Source: Takakia lepidozioides (taxonomy: Eukaryota; Plantae; Bryophyta). From it: a DNA stretch of 64,000 nt. A program made the translations under genes and the position numbers. How positions within the stretch are numbered: position 1 is the first letter of the stretch; the number at the start of each line of letters is the position of its first letter. The stretch spans positions 79,484,001 through 79,548,000 of the forward strand of contig CM060732.1 in the NCBI GenBank assembly GCA_030704615.1, given 5' to 3'. Shown here piece after piece: positions 1 through 11,212 of the stretch. The notes below the pieces were generated by a model. That model was given only the letters and a program-made list of their open reading frames with translations. It was not told the DNA's origin and made no database searches.

Positions 1-424
1 GAAAGAAAAGCACTTGTAGGGCCTATGTGAGTTGGGGTTTCAACTTCAAGCTTGAAGGGAGCGCAACTCTTGAAGCAGCAGGTGTAGGGGGCTGGAATAG
101 GCTCTAAGACAGATGCTATTGTCAAGGAGAGTGCTTGAATGAGTGCTCACAAGGGCTGGGAACCAGCAGGGCTTGGTTTTTGCCATTGAGTTTAGTGGCG
201 TGTTGGGGGAGGCTAAGTGAGAAAGAAGGCTTGGTTTGTGGCAACTACCTCATGGCTTAGGGCTACTATGGTGGTGTGTGGGAGCCGAAAGAGCAATAAT
301 ACCTTGCTGATTTCCTCACAGTCGCCATAGCTCGGTGGAAAGAAGCCTAGAGTCCAAGAGACACAAACCCTAGCTTGGCGTGGCTAAACCCCTTGGAGAA
401 ATGGCTAAACTGCTAGAGCGGCCA

Positions 425-1390
425 TGGATGGGGCTGTGACGGGCTGTGCCGGTGGCCTTCGGGGCTGTGCCGGGCTGCGTCGGTGGCCTTCAGGGCTATG
501 ATGGGCTGTGTCGGGCTGCGCCGGTGGCTTTTGGGGCTGTGACGGGCTGTGAGGGCCTGTGACGGGCTGTGCCGGTGGCCTTGGGGCTGTGATGGGCTGT
601 GGAGGGGCTGTGCCGGTGGCCTTTGGAGCTGTGACGGGCTGTGAGGGGCTGTGACAGGCTGTGCCCACTCGCCTGTGGGGCTGTGAGGGGCTGTGACAGG
701 CTGTGCCCTGTGCCCTGTGGGGCTGTGACGGGCTGTGTCAGGCTGTGGCGAGCTGTGACGGGCTGTGAGGGGCTGTGACAGGCTGTGCCCAGTGGCCTTT
801 GGGGATGTGACGGGCTGTGCGGGGCTGTGACAGGCTATGCCCTGTGGCCTGTGGGGCTGTGACGGGCTGTGACAGGCTGTGATGGGCTGTGATGGGCTGT
901 GACAGGCTGTGACAGGCTGTGCCCTGTGGCCTGTGGGGCTGTGACGGGCTGTGACAGGCTGTGGCAAGCTGTGACGGGCTGTGAGGGGCTTGACAGGCTG
1001 TGCCCTGTGGGGCTGTGACGGGCTGTGAGGGGCTATGACAGGCTGTGGCCTGTGGCCTGTGGGGCTGTGACGGGCTGTGAGGGGCTGTGACAGGCTGTGC
1101 CCAGTGGCTTGTGGGGCTGTGACGGGCTGTGAGGGGCTGTGGCCTTTGGGGCTGTGACCCCTGTGACCTGTGTCGGGCTGTGACAGGCTGTGCCCTGTGG
1201 CCTATGGGGCTGTGAGGGGCTATGATAGGCTGTGGCCTTTGCGGCTGTGACCCTGTGACCTTTGTAGGGCTGTGACAGGCTGTGCCTATGGCCTTTGGGG
1301 TTGTGATGGGGTGTGACAGGCTGTGACATGTGGCCCTTGGGGCTGTGACCTGTGTAGGACTGTGACAGGCTGTGGCCTATGAGCTGTGTG
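425..1390 (+). repeat. Minisatellite of ~10-bp GGGCTGTGAC/GGCTGTGCC variants in the 5' LTR/leader of the gypsy element
   Basis: Dozens of GGCTGTG cores directly visible; the overlapping HSPSQP-rich ORFs are repeat artefacts. Confidence 0.9.
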
Positions 1391-2112
1391 GGCTTGTGCT
1401 GGTCTGTGGTGGCCCGTGTTGACCTGTGGACGGCCTGTGCTGACTCGTGGAGGCACTGGTGGACTGCCTAAGGACTGGTATGTGGTCTTGAAGGCCGAAT
1501 TTTGAAGCTCGTGGAGGGCGGTTTGAGGAGTATCTTCATGATATTCCCATGGTCATGCAAGTGAGGGAAGAGAGGAAGGAAGAGTGTTGGGATGAGGGCA
1601 TGCTGGGGTTAGGCATTGCTTTAGCTTCTCTTCCTCGTAGTTTCCACCCTCTCATTAGGCCAAGACCTTTCTGTAGGTGGAGACAAGAGTCAGTCCGGGT
1701 TTGGGCTGGGGTGTCCTTGCAGGAGCAACACCGTGGAGTTGTTTTTGGTGTGGGGGAGTTGTCGTTCTGATTTCTTGTGTTTGGATCCCCTCCATACCTG
1801 CATGCTTGACTGTGCGCCATGCTAGTTTTGTGTGGGCGCTTGTTTTTATAGGTGATTGGTCCGGATTAGATCACCGGCCAGTCCTAGAGCATGCAGTCGA
1901 TGGTGAGACTGGGGTGATGACCAGCCAGACCATCATTGTTTCTCCTGTGATGAGATTGGAGGTGATGACCAGCCAACCATAGGAGTGCTTGTGGTGGATG
2001 CAGGTACAGGTGTAGGCTATGTTAGGAACTTAGTATTCCAAACCCTAAGCCACAACAGGTTCTCTACCCGGTTACCTTGTGGAGAGGGGGTTAGGGACAT
2101 GTTCATGACCGG

Positions 2113-2971
2113 TTGAGTGTCAACACGGAGGTGCCACTAGTTGTTGGGGATAGTGCCGGTTCGAGCACTAGCGATACTCGTGGGTACACGAGACGAGGTG
2201 TGCGGTTTAGGCCACCTTCACCTCCTGTGTCTTCTACGGAAGGTTCTGATTCGGATTGTGAATCAGGAGGACTCATACCGGCGGTGCAAGTTGTTTCTTT
2301 GCCATTGTTGTGGGACACAATGGAGGAGATGTATGGAGCTACCAAGGGGCCACGAAGGTACTCTGGGGCGGTGGGCACCATCGAGTTGGATGATTTTATC
2401 CAAGAGTTTGATAGTTGGTGTGATTTGTAGCAAATACGCAATCCACAACTATTTACGCCTTTCATGGCATGGAAGGGGTTGTTTCAGCACCTTGAGGGGC
2501 TGCCTATGGATGATTACCATGAGTTCAGGTGGGGGCATGAGGTTGAGATCGAGGAGTGGAGGATGTACTGGTCACCCGACTATGTCTCCATCACTAGGGG
2601 CACTAGAGCCACGAGGGCAGTGGCTACACCTGCCGCTGCATCGACAGCTTCAGCAAGTAGCAGTGGGACTAGTGGGACTGGTGGTACAGTAGCTACGACG
2701 TCCACCCAAGCCACTACCGCACTAGCACTAGTACCCGTGCCTGCCTTCAACCCTGTTGTGGAGTTCTTCGAAGAGTTGAGAGGGAACTACCAAGGGGTGA
2801 GGACAGAGAAGTTGCGGAGCTTGCAAGAGTTCCAACGGAAACCGACCGAGAGCTTGAGGGAGGCTTTCACTCGCATGAGGCGCTTGATAAATGTAACTCA
2901 AGGGGTTACGGAAGCTCAGGCAGTCCAATTCTGGTATGGGATATTGGACAAGGAACTGAGGAGAAGGGTGC
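2113..2971 (+). pseudogene. Gypsy gag, 5' part (retrotransposon capsid-like domain), in-frame stop at 2428
   Basis: ORFs 2113-2430 and 2464-3003 are in frame. LQEFQRKPTESLREAFTRMRRL...FWYGI is Retrotrans_gag-like. The frame resumes at 14252 after the insertion. Confidence 0.85.
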
Positions 2972-3563
2972 CAACGACGCAATGGCGTGAGCGTTGCACG
3001 TGAGCGCGCGAGCGTACGCTCACACAGGAGTGACGTGGCGTGAGCGTCATGTCAGCATGCTGATGTGGCGGTAAATGATGACGTGGCACTGTCCGTCAAC
3101 TGCCACGTCAGCATTAACATGCGCCGCCTATAACCGTGGATGGTCCTATGACCGTGGAATTAATGCAGGGAATCTTGCCTAAATAGAATCAAGACGAGCG
3201 TTGAGGCCTACAATTGCAGCATCCAACATTGTGCAATTACAAATGTTTGTTTCACTTTTACAATTACGAAGACGACAAAATATCCTCACAAAGTGTGCGC
3301 CATAAAGGCTGCCACGAGAAGACTTCCTCCCTCCTCAAATAACAATGAGAGTTATGATCATCTTCAAAAGATGATTGTAGTGCATAGCGACAGCAAGACA
3401 TGTAGACTTCGAACGGTGCAATGACAAATGTGCACTACCTAAAAGTTGTCACTCAGACCTCACTCCGTATAGTTGGAGGCCATATCATTGCACAGCCGAC
3501 GAATTGATGTGAATTACACATTTCAAACCATGGTCATCCACATACCACATTACATAGTTCATG

Positions 3564-6500
3564 CTACCCATGTGTTGTATCCCGCTGCAAAAGAGTATCG
3601 ACCTCGTTGAAACTCATAGTGGCCTGGTGAATGAAGTTGTCACGTTTGGGATCGCAAACCATCCTCCTCAAAAATATGAAATACAAATGTTTGCAGGGTA
3701 TGAATTTACCTCTCTTGCCCAAACTGGTTGATAGCATATTCACAAAATCAGGACATGTGCAATTGGGGAAATTGGAAACCGTGATGTCGTAGGTCCTGTC
3801 ATGAACAGCAGATGTGGAAGTGATGATTGTGAATACCCGACCATATCCTGGATCGGGTACTTCCGTGGTGCTTCCAACACGAGCTTGGAGCATTCTTGCG
3901 GACTCCACTTTGCCAAAGTGTTCAGCGGTTGGAGGGAAACGCCGAACGAGCTTTCCATCTCGTTTGGTTGGCCACAAGTCAGGATTTGCCGGGGGGACCC
4001 GGGAGGACGCAGGAGTAGTAGCACATGCATGGAGTTGGGGTTGTCTCGCAAGGGAAAAACCTGCCTCCTCCAGCATTTCAATCTCCTGAAAGCTGAGATG
4101 TGTTCCCACCTTCACGGGCCAAACGGTTGGGGAGATGGCTTCATCACTACGGAAGGACGCACAGTTCCATGCACACATCTGGCACAATCATCTGCGCAGA
4201 ACCATAACTTGTGGTTCTTGGCTTCTGGTTGACCGTATGGACGCATCAAGCCCGTGAAAGTCGGAGCAGGAGTTCGGGCACCACCTCTGGATATAGATGA
4301 AGTGCACTTCTCGAAATTAGTTGCCCTGATCGCTGTACATTTCACACGAGACCCGACACTTGTGCGTTCTATGTGCCAAACGTGGTCGGGGCATGCGGAC
4401 TCAAGCACATCAAGGGGGTTGTTTCTCTCCTGCACCATTTCAGTGGCACGGTTTGATGCTGGAGCTTGCCGTCGTGTTGGAGGTTCCTCCACAATGGAGG
4501 TTCCGGACATGGAGCTGTCATGCAGGGGAACACGAGGCTTCGAGAAGTTATCACACGGTCTGCCCTGTGGGAATCTGAATCCGAACCAGGTGGAGTGTTC
4601 AATTTCCTCTTACAGGAGCCGAATCTCTCCTCCCCTTCAAGATGTGGAACTCTAGAAACAAGTGGCGTTCCCTGGGCATACATGCTCACCGCCCGTGCTA
4701 TCTTGATTGGATCCCCAGATCTGTTTGCAGCACGCAACATCAACTCCGATTTGTCCGGACCCTTGCCACCACCCCACCTCGTAAGAAATCACGGTATCGG
4801 GTTTGTTGTTGCAAGGCACGTATCAAATCATCTGTTGTTGCCACATACAATCCCGACCTCTTTTCCCAGACTGCTGCAACCATGCATTGTGCACAGTTTC
4901 TGCCAAATTGCAAGATGGCATGTCTGCCATTTCCTCAATGGACATGTTCCGCAAAGAGGATAACCACACTTCAGAATAGTGCACAGGAAACAACATAAAG
5001 AAAGCAACAAAAATATGGAAAGCAAATGTATGAATAAAGCATGAAATAGAAGCCTCGTACCATTGTCATGGCTGCTCCCCACTGTCTATACCGGAAGTGC
5101 CAAAATGCCAGCCAATCTTCCAATGCTCTCATACTCTCAAGTGATGCAGCTCCAGAAGAGAACCACCAGGCACGAATTGTCTGGAACAAAGTGTCCGCCT
5201 CCTTCATTGTTCTAGCATCTTTGTACTCTTTGCACAATTTACGGTGCTGAGTCTGCATCTCTGGTTTGATGTCCGACTTTGTATGTTTTTCCAGAGATTG
5301 TGTCCAATGGAATAGACATGTACGCTCTCTTCCTGGCATAGGCACTTTTGGGTCGCCCGATCCGAAGACAATACGAATAGCATTGAAATTTGCTTGAGCA
5401 CTATCCGCCATGAAACCTGCGAAATTTGGAGATGGCAGCCCATGGCAGCCCATGACACGTATCAGGGAATTCCACATGAGCTTCTGGGATTCCGTATCCT
5501 CGGATTGCATGTCACAAACTGCAATTGTCATAACTCGTTGGTACACTGGATCGTAGACATGACAAGCCATTGTCGTCCAATCCTTCACTCGTTTCACATG
5601 ATCAAACATAAGAAAACAGTTCTGCAAGTCCCCAGTCTTCTGCATCCGCTTCACGAGGCTAACCCCACTGCCCTCCAACAGTCGACATTTTGAAAAGAAA
5701 AACTTTGATGGCACCTTGACCTGGGAATACATTGTCCTGGATGTAATCGTACTTGCTCAGTCGTTTCAATTCCAAAATATTGTCTATGTAGCCTCTGATC
5801 CCAGAGCCCATTCTCAATGCATTGATCTGATGCCGAATGTTAGGTGAACTTAAAGTGGAGAAATGATCCATGACCAGGTCCAATGCTGCAACCGCAAGTT
5901 TAGTCCCCACAGAATCTCCTTCACTCAAAATATGGCTTTCCAAGAAGGACTTGCTTGCACCAAGAGCAATTGCAGATGTTGTTGCGGATGGGTTTCTCCC
6001 GAACTCCTGTTTGATCAACCTCGATATTGTCTCAACACTCTCCCTGTAATCCCCCTTCGAGACAGGATGGTTATGGAATCCAAAATGCACACAAGCTCTC
6101 GTCATTGTATTCAAACGGTGGACAACATAGTACATTCTTGCTCCGCAGAGCGCCAAGCAGGATGGCACAAGTTTGCAGAATTTGCAGACGAAAGTGTTTG
6201 CCGGTGGAGGGGCAGTCCCAGGCTGAAATGGATTCTCTGCCAGACCCTCCCATTCGCTTTGATTATGAACTCCAGACTGAAGAAAGTGTCTGCAATTCAA
6301 ATTATCACACCTAAGGTGTCCATTGCAAACTGTCCTCCTGAAAACAAGCTTGTCATCATTCTGAATATTGGATGTTTTTGTTCTGCACCACGGGTGCCCG
6401 TCGTGTTTCTTGTCCATTCCATGCATCATGATTGTTACACCTCCAACTCGTGGAGGAGGAGGCAGCTCGAATAGGATATCGCCATCAAAAGTCTCCGGCA

Positions 6501-7071
6501 AGAACTTCACAGGCACCTGCTTCAAAGATTCCCAATCAATTCCCCGCAACTCGCTTTTGAATCCAGCCATTCCTCCCATCGCCCGCAATTTTGGAATGAC
6601 ACTACAAATCTCTTCTTCATCAGCTTCTGCAACCACAGTAGGAAGGACTGGATTTGGAATTTCACTTATGTCATCATCGGATGAATCCGAAAGCTCAACG
6701 ATTGGAGTGGAGGACGTCTGTTCTTTTTTCACCACCACCTCCCTCTTGTCTTCCACGACCGAAGCAGCAGTCCCGGGCGTCACATATGACCCAAGGGACT
6801 TTCGCCGAGGCTCTCCAAGTACTCTGTATCGACCAGGACGCACTCTCCACTGGCTGATATGAGCCGTCTCATCACGGTTTTGGAAAGAATATTTCACCAA
6901 CTTCCCTTTCAGATCGTAAACCTCTTTCTCCAAAAAGATGGAGCCATTCTGCAGCTGAAAACGGGTAGCCAAGACATGTTCCAGAACAATTGCAAATCCA
7001 TTGTCAAGGACTTCCTGGGAGAACGGCACTGGTTTGTCGTCTGAGAAGAACTCCGCTTCAGAGGAAGCCAT
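3564..7071 (-). pseudogene. MULE-type transposase: N-terminal GCM/WRKY-like Zn finger, DDE core, C-terminal SWIM finger; frameshifted, at least one intron (~5060-4950)
   Basis: GHPWCRTKTSN...RRTVCNGHLRC...CKFC...HFGFHNHP (GCM-like). Core motifs FLMFD, GFMAD, the MULE CxxH motif TCLFH, and CNLAETVHN (third catalytic E, read by hand at ~4895-4910). CTCPDF...PCKHLY is a SWIM finger. Confidence 0.85.
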
Positions 7072-8299
7072 CTTCCTTCCTCGAGTATGTTTGTACCTTG
7101 CTATCGCAGATCTAGTGTAAATCGGTTTACTGCTGTCTCCAGAACACAGTTGAAGAATGAGCAGAGCATATGGCGGAGGAAGCTCAGATATCGACTGTGC
7201 ATATTCTGTTATTCATTCCAGATATGCAGCCGTCCATTTTAATTATTTTCTTGTGGGCCCAGTGGTCAGAGAATCCATAGGGGCAGTGTCGGCAACTGTT
7301 AAACCGTTAATCAGAACCTCATCAATAAACCCAATAACAAAGCCGACTTCCTGGAAGCATGCCACAGGATCCGAGAATGGGATTGCAGATTAAGTAAATG
7401 TATCTATATACTACTACCAATGATCATGCGCACCTGGAAAGTTCCAAATGTGCAACGAATGTGGGGTTGGATAACAAGGATGACCGTGTATGATATTCCA
7501 AAATTTGTCATCAAACTCTCGTTCATTTATATTTATTTGTTTAAGACTGCGCATCAATTTCTGGGATTCGCTGTTCTTTTTAAATATTGAACCAGTTATA
7601 ATTTAGAACACGCCGTTTTGTTTTGGGCGGCACACGTCAGACATCCATAACTGAATACGAACAGCTGTACACCAATTGCTGGCATGTGCACTAATATCGA
7701 AACGACTATGTGTAACGGTCACGCGGGAGGGAATCCGATGCTTCTAGAGACACGCAAGAAACAGGTTATCCCGCAAGAAATCGGGAGTCACTGCGTTTTT
7801 CTACTTTTCGCGCTTAGAGGGAGAGTGGTAGTCAAGCTGGAGAGGGTTCCTTCTAGAATACGAAAGAGAAGAAAGTCTCTTTATTTTACTTCCCTTAGAG
7901 AGAGACGCAGAGCAAGAGAGAAAATGACGAGGCGTCGTTTGTTGGAGAACACAGGGCCGGCAGCAGGTGAACGCGGAGACTGATTCACAAGAGCAGACGG
8001 AGACTGAGGCAGCGGCTGCGACACAGCCGGCGATAAGAGTGCGCCAGCCTGTGGAGGCAGAGATGAATCGCAGGGACACTGAAGAAGGTGGAAGCACGCG
8101 GAACGCCGAACCTGAAGAAGGTCAAGAAACCCTTGCGCAGACAGAAACTCCAGCAGATGTGAGAGGGAAGAGGAAAGCTGCAGAAGGGGATCAAAGTTCA
8201 AAACCTAAGAAGGTGCCAGTAAGTTTTATCATATAGTCTATGTGATTGCCTTTCAAGGAGTCCTTCCTCTTCCATTCTTTAGCAGGAACTACTGAATCG

Positions 8300-8618
8300 C
8301 GAGCGTCGTTAACGCCATTCGATTCTGCTCATGAGATTTATGTACCTATGTGTTTGAAGAGAGAGTCTGCACTTACTATTCTCCCTAAACTATACTGAAT
8401 GTCGTTGCCGCCAATCAGTTGCACATATATGTTATTTCACAACACCGATCCGGCAGGTTGTTATCTTTTGTGATTGTCGTTAACGCCGTTCGCTATCGCT
8501 CTCACTTTTGTTTTGAATACGGCAGTCTCGGCTTTGCATCTGTAGATTGTGCTGAATTCTTTCACACCATTCATGGTGAGTTTCCTTGATACAGAGTGAT
8601 TGTCGTTACCGCCATTCA
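8300..8618. repeat. Degenerate copies of 22-bp palindrome TGAATGTCGT-NN-ACGACATTCA in cargo intron 1
   Basis: Copies start at 8300, 8396, 8471 and 8597, with a weak one at ~8553. Confidence 0.75.
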
Positions 8619-10488
8619 CTATTTGCAAATGACTTAGTCAGAACTGAATGGCATCGTGCAGAAAACTGTGAGGTCGAAGCCTACAGGATCAGAGGGAAAG
8701 GATCTGGAGATGGGGACGAGTCCGCAAAAAGCTCAGAGAATACAGATGAAGCAGATGAATCCGAAGTGCACTACCTTGACAAGGTGAAAGAACTCATGTC
8801 ATTCCAGAAGGTAAACTCTCAGGAGGTTATAAGGGACATGCTCGTATCTGGAGGGCGTCTGGACATACCTCTGTGCCGGATGATATCAATGCCTGTTGTG
8901 CGTCCACCTCTTTCCCATGACATAACAAAATTGGAGAGTGATTTTGTGCATGGATATAGACTTGGTGCACAAGTTTTTTATGTGTCCCTGACGGATATAA
9001 ATGGGAAAAGCACATTAGTTTCTCCAGAGATCAGTGATAACTGGGATGAGTGCTGGAAAGATGCCAATGAGGAGTTCGAGCTGGGCCTCATGATGGGAAA
9101 GAACACCCAGCAATTTTGCAACTCATGTTCTATACGTCTGGGACGGCAACCACCGATTGCTGGCATGGATGGGATACATTCAGAAACACCATTCGAAAGA
9201 CAAAGACAAGCATGTTGCTGTGGAGGCAATGGTTTTGGATCCAGGAAACGACATCGCTAGGCTTCTTACAGCTATGCACGACGTGAACAAGTAAGTCATC
9301 CAGGAGATTTGATTCCCTCTGTAGTGTCTTGTTGATCCTCAAAAAACAGTGTTAAGGAATGCAATGTTTTCAATGTTTTTGCAGATCGACAGAGAAATCG
9401 CATGTGACAACAAGCTTGGTTCACACACTATTCCGAATTCAGAGGATTGGTCTGATGAAGCTGGATGATTTTCGGACAGTACTACCACCCAATATCATCA
9501 AGAAGTGCGAAACAGGAAGAGCTGCAGGCACTTGGTATTCTTTGACACGAGAGGCGTTTCTGGAGTACATGTATGCGGTAAGCCCGAGTCTGTAATCTGT
9601 TTACTTTTCGAATACATGTTTAGAGTCCCTTCGGAGCTAATCACTACTTGAATGAATGCAGCAAGAACTGGCAGAGGCAGCTGAGAAGGGAAAATCCGAA
9701 TATTACCGCACTACACCAGAGGAACTAAGGACATCAAAGGGTGTGGAAGCTGCAATAAAGAAGGAGTTTGAGATGCGAAGAACCAAATTGATGTCAGCCT
9801 TCGGAAAGCAGCTTAGAATAGTAGATCCTGGACTTGGTCCTGAGTTCCTTCAGCAGATCAAACACGCTATGACAAGCATGTGCATCCGGAGATGCAGCAG
9901 GAGAAATTGCACCCGGCTGGCCATATCGATGGTCGACCCACAACAAAAATAAGGTGGCTGGAGATATGGAACTCAGATCAAACAGTAAAGGACTTGAATC
10001 AGTTCCCAAAGAGCACCATACAGCCTGGCACAAAGGTGGAAGGAATCAGTGATTTGGTGTTTGATAACTGGCTCCACAAGGCTACATTTTGGAGTCAGGT
10101 GTGTATTCGAACATGCTGTTTCTTATCTTCAAGTACGTGATGTGTTTCTTTTTTGCAATTCTGACAATATTCTATTTGCAGCTCGAAAAGCGCGCCGTCA
10201 TTGTGCTGGATCAGACTTTGAAGGACCTGAACATTGCGATTGTTTCCCCTCCCCAAATGTCATTGGAGGCATACATAAGGAAGTGGAGAGGTCTCACCTG
10301 GAGATACTGTTTTTTCCGGGAGTTCTCCAAAGATGGTAACATTTTACGGTCCAACGACTTTGACAGTCAGGTTGGAGGAGAGTGGGCCATGATGCGAGTT
10401 GTGTACAGGTGAAATGTCATACTTGAAACTCTACTGTTTTTTTGGGAAAAATTGTGGCTTCATATGGATTGCAATCTTAGATCCAGAT

Positions 10489-11212
10489 TGAATGTCGTTG
10501 ACGACATTCACTTCTTTGTCTGAGTCATTCTTAAGCGAGTATATGAATTCACCTGGTTAGGATCTAAGGGTGCAATTATATTGTCCCTGATTAGAATTGA
10601 TAATGTCCTTGAATGGCGTTGACGACATTCACATACGGAGTTGTTGTGCGGTCCTCAAGGTTATTTAAATTTTGTAATGTCCATAGAGGATACAATGAGG
10701 GTTGATCACTTCATTTTGCTGAATGTCAATGCAGACATTCAGTTGTTCTGCATTGTTTTTTCCTCTTGCGATGAATATGGAGGCTTCATAAGCTCTGTTT
10801 TAAGAAATCCAAAGTGAATGTCGTTAACGACATTCACAGCTGTGTCTGTATTATTAAAAAACGACAAATTCAATATTCATGGATTGGGGAGCTAAGTAAT
10901 TGGTTTCTTTTTTGTATTTTTGTGAATGGCGTTGACGCCATTCACATACAGTGATGTTGTGAGGTCCTCAGTGATAGGTTCGTTATGAATGTGCATTGAG
11001 TTTTCCTGGATGGTTCCTTACTCAATTTTTTTATTTCCATCCTGTGATTTTGCTTCATTTCAGTAATAAATTTGGCTTCATCTTGATGTCGTTGACGACA
11101 TTCACTTCTATGTCTGTGTCATTTCTAATCGCTTATTTGCATTCACCTGGATTAGGTATTTTATTTACAGTGTCATGGAATGGAATGTTCTGAATGGCGT
11201 TGACGACATTCA
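10489..11212. repeat. Spaced array of seven 22-bp palindromes TGAATGKCGT-NN-ACGMCATTCA in the long cargo intron
   Basis: Copies start at 10489, 10610, 10720, 10815, 10923, 11083 and 11191; start-to-start spacing 95-160 bp, mostly ~110. Confidence 0.9.

Noticed and set aside
405-1329. Pro/Ser/His-rich extensin-like ORFs
   Set aside because: They arise from a 10-bp non-triplet minisatellite that stays open in several frames.
2058-2076. Primer-binding site of the DNMT-gypsy element
   Set aside because: GGTTCTCTACCCGG lacks the usual TGG start and I cannot match it to a tRNA 3' end by eye; the LTR boundary is unconfirmed.
10489-11212. CRISPR array (palindromic repeats with spacers)
   Set aside because: Spacers are 73-138 bp and partly homologous to each other (after 10510 vs 11104; after 10631, 10944, 11212). 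There are no cas genes and the context is a eukaryotic intron.
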